A stretch of 64,000 nt of DNA. It comes from Candidatus Thorarchaeota archaeon (GTDB lineage Archaea; Asgardarchaeota; Thorarchaeia; Thorarchaeales; Thorarchaeaceae). Positions 53,512-63,306 of the stretch are shown one piece after another. The DNA lies in the NCBI GenBank assembly GCA_963726195.1, contig CAVSBO010000003.1:480001-544000 (forward strand). The letters are read 5' to 3'. The notes under the pieces are model-generated. The model was not told where the DNA came from. It saw only the letters and a program-made list of their open reading frames with translations, and made no database searches. The position numbers and the translations under genes are program-made. Each line of letters opens with the position of its first letter. Within the stretch, counting starts at the first letter, position 1.

Positions 53512-54555
53512 GAACTCCTCGACCCAACGCTCTGCTTGGTACATCGTTGTGGGCACTGGCGGCTTCTTGAATCCGTATGCGGATATTGACTCAAGAGAAC
53601 CACCGATTCCCCTCGTCAACGCAAGCTTCGAACCTCGGATAGCGTCCATCAATACCTGTCCGGCGTTAGGCCCGTCGGTGACCTCCATGCGGATGTCTAT
53701 CGTGATGGGTGCTCCTCCGAACTGCTTACCAGTGATGTAGAAATACGACTCTCGGCCATTGTTCAGGAAATTGACGTAGTCTGATGACCCCGCGACCATT
53801 GGCGCTTCGTATGGAAGATCCTGACTTATGGCTGCAGTCTTTACTTCACGCTTTCTCATACGTCCACGATAGTGAGAATCAAGCGATTCTGCGCCTCCGC
53901 CTACGTCCAGCTGAAAGCTCTTGTCAACATGGACTCCTCGAGCAACTAGTAGTTGCAGTATGCTACGATGAAGAACCGTGGATCCTAGCTGGTCTTGGAT
54001 ATCATCTCCCACTAATGGAATCTTTCTCTCCTTGAACTTCTTGCCCCACTCGGGATCCGAGGCAATAGAGACTGGCGTGCCGTTGATAAAAGCGCATCCG
54101 GCTTCAAGGCAAGCGTTTGCATAGAAACTGGTGGCCTGCTGCGCCGACCCTGGCAACAGACTAATCGCAATTTCAGCACCGGAGTTCTTCAAGGCCTTCA
54201 CAACATCAACGTCCGGAGAAGGAGAAATCTTCACGAGAGTTTTGAGATTGTCGTCGACTCCATCAAGCAGAGGCCCTCTGAGAACCTTGACTCCGGTCTT
54301 CGGCACATCGGCGAAATGAATTACGTTGTTTGGTTCCGCGAATATCGCACTGGCAAGATCGACACCGACCTTCCGATCGGTGACATCGAATGCAGCAACG
54401 AACTTGATGTCCCTAACGTGATAGCCTGCAAAGTCAGGGTGGCTGATACCTATGAGATCTCCATCGCTCTTCGCGTCTTTGTAGAACTGAACCCCTTGAA
54501 CAAGCGCACTTGCGCAGTTTCCTATGCCGAAGAGAGCTACCTTGATTCCATCCAT
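53488..54555 (-). CDS. ino1: Inositol-3-phosphate synthase
   Basis: GIGNCASALVQG, FVAAFDV, GDDI..QLG.T..HR, SDYV, D.PN.G...DAIR. Confidence 0.93.
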   Translation of the reverse strand: MDGIKVALFGIGNCASALVQGVQFYKDAKSDGDLIGISHPDFAGYHVRDIKFVAAFDVTDRKVGVDLASAIFAEPNNVIHFADVPKTGVKVLRGPLLDGVDDNLKTLVKISPSPDVDVVKALKNSGAEIAISLLPGSAQQATSFYANACLEAGCAFINGTPVSIASDPEWGKKFKERKIPLVGDDIQDQLGSTVLHRSILQLLVARGVHVDKSFQLDVGGGAESLDSHYRGRMRKREVKTAAISQDLPYEAPMVAGSSDYVNFLNNGRESYFYITGKQFGGAPITIDIRMEVTDGPNAGQVLMDAIRGSKLALTRGIGGSLESISAYGFKKPPVPTTMYQAERWVEEFLLGKKRL

Positions 54556-54682
54556 TAATCGTACCTCAGGTTCAGAGGATATTCTGCTTTTGGCTCAAGA
54601 CTGTCCTTTAAAGTTTTATGGATATAGAATAGTATTGTGCGGAATGGGCACCCAAGAGCAGCAAGCCAATTGGCAGGCTTCA

Positions 54683-55844
54683 TCAGAGGCTGTTTCCAAG
54701 CAGAACTGTAACGTCAGCAACATCGATGCTGCTCCCGCTGAGCTCCTTTCCTGCGCTGAGATTGTGCTCACAGAATGGGCAGGAGCTGGCGATGATTCGG
54801 GCCCCAGTGGCCTCCGCTGTTCTGATTCGGTCTGCTGCAATCCTCTTTGCCAACTCAGGGGCAAACGACTTGAGCCCACCACCTGCACCGCAACACATGG
54901 CTGCCTCTCGACTGGGGTCCATCTCGACCAGCTCCACGCCGGGTATCGACCGAAGGATGTCTCTAGGAGCATCATAGACTCCGAGTTCACGCCCCATATG
55001 ACACGGATCGTGATAGGTGATTCTCATTCCTTGCGCCCGACCCTTTGGTCTGAGGCGACCATCCTTGATGAGCTGTTGTGCGAACTCCGTTATGTGAAGG
55101 ACAGGCGGCAATTCGATTCCAAACCTGTCGGGATAATCTTTCCTCAATGCCCTCAAACAGCCCGCACAAGACACAACGATTCTTTCCGCTCCGGTGTCGG
55201 CGATGCTTTGAGAACACGCTTTGCGCATTTTCCTCTGCCTCCTTTGTTCGTCCCGTTCTAAGCATCACAGACCCACAACATGGTTCATTCTCCATGACCG
55301 CGAAGTCAACTCTTGCGGCCTTCAGTACTTGAGCCGTCGACTTGGCAACATCAGGAAGCCTTAGTCCGGTAGTGCAGCCGACGTAATAGAGAGTCTCACC
55401 ACGAGTTGGCACCTTGAAACCCAGCTGACGGACCCAGCTCCTCTTTGCAGAGGCGTTTTCGGAGTAGGGATTTCCAGTCCGTGCAATAGCTTGCGCGAGT
55501 GAATCGCGGGTGTCATTGGGGATATCCACGAGTGTCGATCTCACTTTCTCGAGGCAATCTTTCGCATTGAATTCTGCGGCGCATATCTGAGCACAATTCC
55601 CACAAAGCGTGCAGGTGTAGAGAGACTCCGCATTCTCTGCAGTTCTCTCGAGCTCGCCATCAAGAAGAGCAAGAGCGATTTGGACCTTGCCTCTCATGAA
55701 GCTGGTCTCAAAACCGGTCGAAGCCTTCCAAACTGGACAGACACCGTTGAAGCCTTCATCTTCGTATACGGCGTTGCGGCATATACCACATCTGCGGCAT
55801 TGCAGAAGATTCTCTCTCAGTTCTTCAAGGTCGATTTCGGTCAT
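54683..55844 (-). CDS. (Fe-S)-binding CCG-domain oxidoreductase subunit (GlpC/HdrD-like), frameshift near 55220
   Basis: Two CxxCxxC..C clusters; YVGC, CCG, SCAGC, YHDPCH, CCGAGGG, SCPFC. Confidence 0.9.
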
Positions 55845-55845
55845 G

Positions 55846-57252
55846 TCATATCCCTGCCATCACACCCGGATTCATGATTCCATTCGGGTCGAGTAGCTTC
55901 TTCACAGATTTGACGAACTCAACGTATCGTTCAATATCTGTGACACCGTCTACCCAGTACGGTGCGAGCTTGAAAGGAACTGCACCTGTTGCGTACAAAC
56001 GAGGCGCGAGCTCCGCATGTGCCTTTCTCACCTTTTGTTCTTCTTCCTTGTCGGCAGGATCGTAGAATATCATCGGATACAGATTGTAGGATGCGTGGTC
56101 TGTCAGAAAGCCCGCGGTATGACCGAGCAGTCCGTATTTGTCCATGACCTTCCATATTTCCTCGATTGACTTGTGCCAGTTTGTGATAGTCTCGTGATGG
56201 TACAGTATTCTCCAGTGCCAACCATGGGCATAGGAGGATCTGGCAAAAACCCACATCCGGTCTGTCCATTCTCCTCGGGGAAGTTCTCTTATGCCGATGA
56301 CCTCACCCGTGAGCTCTGAACAGATACGTTTCGCTTCCTCAGCGTCACTATTGAGCTGGTCCTCTCTAGTCCTTCCAATGGTTAGCGAGACTGTGTAGGG
56401 GGGCCATTCGTATTTTGGAATGCCATATTCTTCCCCAAGCATGTCCATGAAGAAGTTCAGAATCCTGCCTTCGTAGAGTGTGGCGAACAGCGAGTTGACA
56501 TCATTGTTCCTCAGTTCCAGCAGGAATTTCTCCGCATTGGAGGAATCGTCGAAACCATAGGTGTTGTAATCGAAATAATGCATGCGTTTGAAAGCCTTCA
56601 GCGAAACCTTGGTAATGATTCCGAAGCTTCCCAGGGAGCCGATGAACAAGCCAGTGATATCGGGGCCGAATGCGTACCTGATGAAAGGACCAGGAGCATT
56701 CGGGTTCGCCTCGGAACCAGTCTGAATGATTTCTCCATTCGGAAGAACAACTTCCAATCCAAGCACCATTTCTGCGATAGGACCGTACGTGCTCGAACCA
56801 GGTCCTGCTCCATTAACGGCAACATTGCCAGCCACTGTGCAGACTAGTGAAGACTCAGGATAGATTGGGACCCACAGATCATGAGTGCTCAGGAACTTGT
56901 CAAGCATCCCGTAGGTTACTCCGGCACCCACAGTGACAGACCGAAGGTTCTCGTACAGAGTTATCTGATCAAGCCGCATGAGTTCAACAACGAGACTGTC
57001 GGGCTTTGGAATGACCTCCCCTTGGAGACTTGAACCGCCGCCTCTGGGCACAATCGTGATTGCTTGGTCATTGGCCAGCTTCAGAATCTGAGAGACCTCT
57101 TCGGCATTCGCGGGCCGAACGACTGCGCCAGGCAATACCGCATCATAACCTGTGGAGGCAGATGCCGAGTACGCAAGCAGAACATCTTTGCGAGTCGAGG
57201 CATATTCATTGCCGACTATATCACCCAGTTGCCTGACAATCTTCTGGTCCAA
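55846..57252 (-). CDS. FAD-binding oxidoreductase (GlcD/VAO-type)
   Basis: PRGGGSSL.G, GLEVVLPNG, G.DITGLFIGS.G.FGIIT, DP.GIMNPG. Confidence 0.92.
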   Translation of the reverse strand: MDQKIVRQLGDIVGNEYASTRKDVLLAYSASASTGYDAVLPGAVVRPANAEEVSQILKLANDQAITIVPRGGGSSLQGEVIPKPDSLVVELMRLDQITLYENLRSVTVGAGVTYGMLDKFLSTHDLWVPIYPESSLVCTVAGNVAVNGAGPGSSTYGPIAEMVLGLEVVLPNGEIIQTGSEANPNAPGPFIRYAFGPDITGLFIGSLGSFGIITKVSLKAFKRMHYFDYNTYGFDDSSNAEKFLLELRNNDVNSLFATLYEGRILNFFMDMLGEEYGIPKYEWPPYTVSLTIGRTREDQLNSDAEEAKRICSELTGEVIGIRELPRGEWTDRMWVFARSSYAHGWHWRILYHHETITNWHKSIEEIWKVMDKYGLLGHTAGFLTDHASYNLYPMIFYDPADKEEEQKVRKAHAELAPRLYATGAVPFKLAPYWVDGVTDIERYVEFVKSVKKLLDPNGIMNPGVMAGI

Positions 57253-57278
57253 CTATCAGACCTCCGCAAGGATACGTT

Positions 57279-57605
57279 TTAGAAGATATGCCGAATCTTC
57301 ATCAGGTCGCTGGCCGAGCCTTTCACTTTCAGCTTACGAGTTAGTATGGCTGAAGCCGCACCCATTTCCTCCATGAAGAGCTTGCGTATCGTGTCCGCGT
57401 CACTCTCAATTCTCATGTCGGGATTGTCGATGGGACCGTCGTGCACCGTTATGTTGTTGTCCTTCACAATGAAGTTGTACTGCCTGCCATCTTTCAGAGT
57501 GAGCATGGCTGTTCTCTGCCAGCCTTCAATGGCTTCCTTCGTTTTCTCGCGCTCTAGTCCAACGACTATTCGCTGTCTCATTACTTCCAGCAAGTCATCA
57601 GCCAT
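57279..57605 (-). CDS. SCP2 sterol-binding domain protein
   Basis: PD..I......A.SA....KLKVKG SCP2 pattern. Confidence 0.88.
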   Translation of the reverse strand: MADDLLEVMRQRIVVGLEREKTKEAIEGWQRTAMLTLKDGRQYNFIVKDNNITVHDGPIDNPDMRIESDADTIRKLFMEEMGAASAILTRKLKVKGSASDLMKIRHIF

Positions 57606-57639
57606 TTGTTAGTTCTCTCCAGTGATAAGAAGCGCTGTT

Positions 57640-57810
57640 AGCCCGTTTTAGTTGTTTCCGTTGTCCGAAACTTGTCCATTCAGGACATCGTCCAGAACGG
57701 CGTTCGGTTCCTGTTTCATCGCGGAGCATGTGCCTCTCGCAGAGGCATGAGTCTCTCCGCTCTTGCAGGCGTTTTGAGTCTCCACCCAACTGGCGGCGAC
57801 TGAACGTAAA
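57640..57810 (-). ncRNA. Predicted omegaRNA (reRNA) overlapping the tnpB 3' end; guide from the flank
   Basis: Hairpins (e.g. TGCCTCT/AGAGGCA) downstream of RuvC-III ending at AACGG; position as established for TnpB elements. Confidence 0.65.
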
Positions 57811-58865
57811 TTCATGGCGGCGTTCAGGTCCCGGTCTGCTTCGAAGCCGCAAACCGCGCACTTGTACGTTCTCACAGAGAGCGGTATCTCATACTTGACG
57901 GCTCCACAGTTGGAGCATCGTTTCGTGGAAGGATAGAATGGGTCCGCCTCCACGACCGTTCCTCCGTTCCAGTTTGTCTTGTATTCCAGCTGGCGGAGGA
58001 ACTCTGCTATGCCTGCGTCCGCGAGATGCTTTGCTAGGTGGTGGTTCTTCAGTAGACCGGCTACGTTCAGGCTCTCCACACCGATGACTGACTTGGTTCT
58101 CGCCAGCACCGTTGTGGTCTTGTGCTGGGCATCCCTGCGGATGTTAGCAATTCTGAGTTCAAACCGGGCCAACCGAATTACAGTCTTGGCACGATTGCTG
58201 CTTCTCTTCTTCTTCCTTGCAAGAGACCTTTGAATTCGCTTCTTCTTTCGCTCCAAACGTGAAAGAGGCCTTGGATTTGCGATAACAGTTCCGTCGCTGA
58301 CTGTGGCGAGCTTCGAGATACCGACATCAATGCCGACCACGGGACCAGTGTTGTTCGGCACCTCGATTTCCTCTTCTACACAAAGACTCACAAACCACTT
58401 CCCGGCCCTTTCTGACACAGTCACCGACAGAACGTGAACTCCCTTGGACGGCAGGTAGCCCTTTTCCTTCAGCCGAACAGCGCCGACTCGGGGTAACTGT
58501 ACCGAATCATGGAATACCCTGATGGTTCCATTAAGCCTGAAACTGCCTACACCGAGTCTTCTGCGCTTGAACTTCGGGTATCCCGCCCGTCCCTCGAAGA
58601 AGCTCTTGAATGCTCTATCGAGGTCTCGGAGTGCTTCCTGCGGCGCGCACTTGGAGACCTCGTACATCCATGGGAACTCCGTTTTCTTCAAGGCATTCAG
58701 TTGCTTGTGCAACCCGATGGCATTCGACGATGTTCCTGTCTTCTCGTACGCCTCCTTCCGTCGAGCAAGCCCCCAATTGTATGCAAACCTCGCTGTGCCA
58801 CAGTGTTTGAGCAGTGTCGTGCCCTGGACGTTGTCAGGGTCCAGCTCTGTCTTGTAGGCTTTCAT
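57648..58865 (-). CDS. tnpB: TnpB RNA-guided endonuclease
   Basis: HTH AYK.EL..G.ARFAYNWGL, YPKFK, RuvC GIDVG / VESL / DRDLNAA, zinc finger CSNC..CAVC. Confidence 0.95.
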   Translation of the reverse strand: MKAYKTELDPDNVQGTTLLKHCGTARFAYNWGLARRKEAYEKTGTSSNAIGLHKQLNALKKTEFPWMYEVSKCAPQEALRDLDRAFKSFFEGRAGYPKFKRRRLGVGSFRLNGTIRVFHDSVQLPRVGAVRLKEKGYLPSKGVHVLSVTVSERAGKWFVSLCVEEEIEVPNNTGPVVGIDVGISKLATVSDGTVIANPRPLSRLERKKKRIQRSLARKKKRSSNRAKTVIRLARFELRIANIRRDAQHKTTTVLARTKSVIGVESLNVAGLLKNHHLAKHLADAGIAEFLRQLEYKTNWNGGTVVEADPFYPSTKRCSNCGAVKYEIPLSVRTYKCAVCGFEADRDLNAAMNLRSVAASWVETQNACKSGETHASARGTCSAMKQEPNAVLDDVLNGQVSDNGNN

Positions 58866-58960
58866 GACCTTCGTCTTCTTGCGACCTCCGTCGCCGCTCA
58901 GAGCAGTTAGAAGCCTGTCCATATGTGATCTCAATTGGATATTAAACCCGCCAAGGGTTT
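57658..58960 (-). mobile_element. Non-autonomous IS607-family element (tnpB, internally deleted tnpA); left boundary approximate
   Basis: tnpB gene; right end ...AAGTTTCGGACAACGG; tnpA-like remnant MDRLLT...GGRKK at 58922-58875. Confidence 0.7.
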
Positions 58961-59054
58961 GAGTCCCTCCGACACGAACGGGTTTTCGATGGTCACGCAA
59001 CCCGCCCTACACGGGCAGCAATGCGAGTGTTTGCACTTGAAATACAAACACCCT

Positions 59055-59106
59055 AAGAAAAAACAGAGAGGGGTCGGGCGATGACTCACGTGAAGCCAAC
59101 CCGACC
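59055..59106 (-). terminator. Hairpin + T tract after eda
   Basis: GGTCGGG/CCCGACC stem followed by CTCTCTGTTTTTTCTT on the minus strand. Confidence 0.45.
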
Positions 59107-59158
59107 GAGTCTACCAATCTTCTTGTTGGAAGTATGTGAGCGGTGTTTCTGACACTGC

Positions 59159-59812
59159 TCACTTCTTTCTGTATTTCCGGACTATTTCCAAGAACTTCTT
59201 GACGTTCTCGGTGATGATGTCATAGCGACCGTCCTTGATGGCCTTGGCATCTGCTATTGCACTGCCTACACCGAGAGCGAATGCTCCCGCTTCAAGCATC
59301 GGTCCGGCAGTCTGCAAATCGACGCCGCCCGTTGGAATCAACGGTATATGCGGCAGCGGCGCTCGGACAGCCTTGATGTAGGCAGCCCCACCGACTTCGC
59401 CGCACGGGAACACCTTCACTGCATCAGCTCCCCAAGTGTAGGCTTGGAGTATCTCAGTTGGGGTGAGTGCCCCCGGGAAGCAAGGCTTAGAATACCGTCT
59501 AGCCATCTCTATGAGCTCTTTGGAATATGACGGAGCCACAATGAACTCGCTGCCAGCAAGTATGGCCCTTCGAGCTGTTTCTGGGTCCAGCACTGTTCCT
59601 GTGCCGACAAGCACCTTGTCGCCCACTTTGTCTGTCAGCTTCTGTACGACATCAGTAGCGCCTGGCACACTGAAAGTTACCTCAATGATGTTGACGCCAC
59701 CATTAAGGAACGCATCTGCAACCTTCATCGCAACATCAGCAGAGTCCACTCTGATGATAGGGATGAGTGCGGTGTCACGAACGAGCTTCATAGCATCTTG
59801 TTTGTCCCACAT
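59159..59812 (-). CDS. eda: KDPG/KHG aldolase
   Basis: PIIR, EVT, G.GTV, PGALTPTE, KVFP, PTGGV. Confidence 0.93.
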   Translation of the reverse strand: MWDKQDAMKLVRDTALIPIIRVDSADVAMKVADAFLNGGVNIIEVTFSVPGATDVVQKLTDKVGDKVLVGTGTVLDPETARRAILAGSEFIVAPSYSKELIEMARRYSKPCFPGALTPTEILQAYTWGADAVKVFPCGEVGGAAYIKAVRAPLPHIPLIPTGGVDLQTAGPMLEAGAFALGVGSAIADAKAIKDGRYDIITENVKKFLEIVRKYRKK

Positions 59813-59823
59813 GTTGTTATCGC

Positions 59824-60818
59824 CTACCTCTGAATGCGAAGTCCTTTGCCGCCCTTTACGAGCGCCTCGACTTCGGATTTGTAGATATACGCAAGGTCAC
59901 CGGGCACTGAGTGCTTCAACGCAGACAGAGCAGCACCATAGTCGACTGCCTGTTGAATGTCCTTCAGCTCAAGGTAGCCGTAGATGAAACCTGCACTGCA
60001 TGAATCGCCTGCTCCAAGCCTGTCGACTATCTCAACGTCGTATTCGGCGCTCGGATAAATCTTACCTTTCGAGTAAGCAAAGACTGACCACTTATTCAGC
60101 CAGACCAGTGGAGTCTTGCGGAGGGTTATGAGAACGACTTCGAAACCAAACTTGTCTGCAAGCTTCTTTGCTACCTCCTGATAGTCTTTGCCTTCTATGC
60201 CATAGACAACCTTCGTGTCTTCTTCAGTCGTGATTAGGATGTCAATGTTCTTAGACGCTGGCTCAGTGAACGCTCGAGCCTGCTCTGGAGTCCAAAGCTT
60301 GCTTCTGTAGTTGACATCATAGGAGACCTTGCAGCCCTGTTCTTTTGCTGTCCTCATAAGCTTCTTCCGTCGCTTTTGCACACGAAGGACTGATTGCGGG
60401 AGTTATTCCGCTGGTATGGAAGAGCCTCGTGCCCTTGAGAATCTCTGCCCAACGAACCTCTCCGGGCTTGATCTTGCTTATGGCAGACTGCTCCCTGTCA
60501 TATATCACTCGCTGAGCCCTTGGTGCCGAGCCGAATTCTACAAAGTAAGTTCCGCAGCGGCTGTTTGCGTCCCACAGAATATAGGACGTATCGACGCCCT
60601 GTTCCCTTGCTTTGTTGCGAATGAAATGACCAATGGAGTTGTCTCCAAGCTTCGTCACATACGCGGTTTTCAGGCCCATTCTCGCACAGGCAACCGCGAC
60701 ATTCATCTCCGCGCCGCCCGCATTCGTATTGAAGTCTATTTGCCTGCTCAATGCGCATGAAGTTGGGAGGGGAGAGTCTTAACATCACCTCTCCGAAGGT
60801 GACAACATCGTATCCCAT
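59824..60818 (-). CDS. kdgK: 2-keto-3-deoxygluconate kinase (PfkB family), two frameshifts
   Basis: FGEVMLRLSPP, GGAEMNVA, VIYDR..SA, SGITPA, D.NYR.KLW, VDRLGAGDS. Confidence 0.9.
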
Positions 60819-60910
60819 TGAATCACACTCGGATGAGTTGTTTAACTGAGTGAGATACGCTCTAGGCCGATGTTAAACTTGTCGAAGTGTTGCTTTCATC
60901 TGCAACTGTT

Positions 60911-63262
60911 TCAGGCTACGCCGCTGCTGAATTCGGTACGAGCAATCACCTCGTCCTGAACAAACGGATCTAGTTCGATGAAGTATGCACTATACCCTGC
61001 CACCCTAACTATCAAGTCTCTGTGCTGGAGAGGGTGAACCTTTGCATCCTCAAGCGTCTCTCGAGAGAGAACGTTGAACTGGACGTGCAATCCGCCAAGC
61101 TTGAAGTAGGCATCGATGAGTCCTATGAAGTTATCACGACCGGCCGCAGATGAAAAGATCTGGGGGCTGAACTTCATGTTGTACAGGGTTCCATTGTAAC
61201 ATAGGCCATGACCCAACCGGGCCACTGACTTCATGGCGGCAGTGGGACCGTGGACGTCCCTATTGTGAGCTGGTGAGACTCCATCTGACAGCATTACTCC
61301 CGCACGGCGACCGTCGGGCGTAGCTCCCACGGACTCTCCTTGAGGAATATACATCGACACTGAGAATAGCGCTGCATGATAGGGACCATTGCGGGTTGTC
61401 ATCCTGCTCTGTACAGATTCGCAAAATGCCTTTCCAATTTCACGAGCTATCATGTCAACACGTTCAATGTCATTGCCATACTTGTCGGGGTCGTTCTCGA
61501 ATCGAACCCTCATATCTTCAAAGCCCTCGTAGTTCCTAGAGAGAGCATTCAGAATCTGTTCCATTTTCACCTTCTTGGTTTCGAAGACTTGCTTTCTCAA
61601 GACTGAAAGTGAATCTGTGGCAATCGCAATACCAACGCCCTGAATTCCTCCAGCGTTGTACTTTGCTCCGCCCTCCTGCATTGTCCGGCCTGTTTCGACA
61701 CAGCCCGTGAGGAGAGATGAGATGAAGGAGGTAGGTGCGAGCTTTGCGTGGACTTCGGCGGCAACGCGGTCCGCCTTGGTGAGAAGATCGACTGTGTAGT
61801 CAAGCTGCTTTCTATATGCACCCCAGAGATCGTCATAACTCTTGAAAATGCGAGGATCGCCGGTCTCGATTCCTACCATCATGCCGGTCTTTGGGTCCTT
61901 GCCGTTGTTCAAAGTGATTTCAAGGACCTTGGCGAAGTTGACGAAACCGATGTTGGGCCTGACGTCTGCCTCTCCCTCGATTATAGGTTCGACACAACCG
62001 AGGATTGAGTAGTCAAAGGTCTCCTTGGTGTCAACGCCCTTCTTCTTCATCATCGGGATAATGACTTCATCATTGAACAGACCGGGCATGCCAAGACCCT
62101 TTGACACAACTTCAACAACCTTGAGCTTCGCATCCTTGGGCGTCTTGCTGTGCCAGCGGAAGGAGACCGTGGGCTGCGTGACTCTCATATTCTTCGTTGC
62201 CTCGAGGGCAAGATATGTGACCTCGTTGCTTGCATCGTTTCCGCGCTCGTCTTGTCCACCGATTGTCAGGTTCTGGAACATCGGGTGCCCCGCGAATGCA
62301 ACGCTATAGTACTCATCTCGAAGCTTGATTAAGGAAGAGAACTTCATCCAGAGCATTTCGACCAGCTCTAGAGCCTGGTCTCTATTGATTTTTCCCGACT
62401 TGACATCCGCAGCATAGTACGGATACACGTATTGATCAAAGCGGCCCGTTGATATCGAGTGGCCATTACCTTCGGTCTGAACGAGAAGCTGGACGAACCA
62501 GAAGGACTGCAATGCCTCTTGGAAGCTGGATGCAGGCTTCATCGGCACAGTACTACATATCCTTGAGATCTCTTGTAGTTCCTTCTTACGTTGTGGGTCT
62601 TTTTCTTCATTCGCCATCTTCGCCGCGAGGGTGCTGAATCTTCGAGCAAAGCGGTCGATAGCGTTGATTTCGATTTCCACAGCATTATAGAATGAGGTCT
62701 TCTCAGGATTGTTGCGAGCTTGACTTCGCAGCTTCATCACCTGTCCTAAGACTGATCCGAGACCTGTCTGGATTACCTTCTTGTAGTCAACAATGACATG
62801 TCCTATCCCTGTACCGGGGGCACCAATGGTGAAGAGACCCGCTTGAGCTGCTCGCTGAGATTCCTGGGGCATGGTCTGAGCACAAATCTCAGCAGTGCTC
62901 TTGCCGCGCCAATACTTGAAAACCTCTCGCAGCTTGTCCTTGTCGTCCGGCCCTAGGTCGAACTTCTCTGTCCGCCTCTTGTCGAATCTGTCTAGCTCCT
63001 TTTCAATCCAAGTCCAGCTATACTCAGGGAAAATCTGACAGGACCTTGGGGTAGGACCCATGTTACCGACTATCAGCTCACCGGGCTGAATCTGTATGGT
63101 CATGTTGTCCAAGACGTAGGCGAATGCCTTCGCCAATCTATCCTTCGTTGGCTCGTTCTCGTGTTGGCGCAAGTATTGTGTGAATAGGTACGCTCTTTCC
63201 GAGGATATGGTCGGGCGAGAGTTGAGCATACGGTCTCGCATCGCCATTGTGCGGGAGGTCAT
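60911..63262 (-). CDS. Glycyl radical enzyme (PFL superfamily, dehydratase/eliminase-like)
   Basis: G.GH, GHSIS.GRFDQY, GCVEP Cys loop, TPDGR, VRVAGYS Gly loop. Confidence 0.93.
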   Translation of the reverse strand: MTSRTMAMRDRMLNSRPTISSERAYLFTQYLRQHENEPTKDRLAKAFAYVLDNMTIQIQPGELIVGNMGPTPRSCQIFPEYSWTWIEKELDRFDKRRTEKFDLGPDDKDKLREVFKYWRGKSTAEICAQTMPQESQRAAQAGLFTIGAPGTGIGHVIVDYKKVIQTGLGSVLGQVMKLRSQARNNPEKTSFYNAVEIEINAIDRFARRFSTLAAKMANEEKDPQRKKELQEISRICSTVPMKPASSFQEALQSFWFVQLLVQTEGNGHSISTGRFDQYVYPYYAADVKSGKINRDQALELVEMLWMKFSSLIKLRDEYYSVAFAGHPMFQNLTIGGQDERGNDASNEVTYLALEATKNMRVTQPTVSFRWHSKTPKDAKLKVVEVVSKGLGMPGLFNDEVIIPMMKKKGVDTKETFDYSILGCVEPIIEGEADVRPNIGFVNFAKVLEITLNNGKDPKTGMMVGIETGDPRIFKSYDDLWGAYRKQLDYTVDLLTKADRVAAEVHAKLAPTSFISSLLTGCVETGRTMQEGGAKYNAGGIQGVGIAIATDSLSVLRKQVFETKKVKMEQILNALSRNYEGFEDMRVRFENDPDKYGNDIERVDMIAREIGKAFCESVQSRMTTRNGPYHAALFSVSMYIPQGESVGATPDGRRAGVMLSDGVSPAHNRDVHGPTAAMKSVARLGHGLCYNGTLYNMKFSPQIFSSAAGRDNFIGLIDAYFKLGGLHVQFNVLSRETLEDAKVHPLQHRDLIVRVAGYSAYFIELDPFVQDEVIARTEFSSGVA

Positions 63263-63306
63263 AAGAACCATAGGCGCGTGAAGACTATATATCATTCATC
63301 ATGTGG

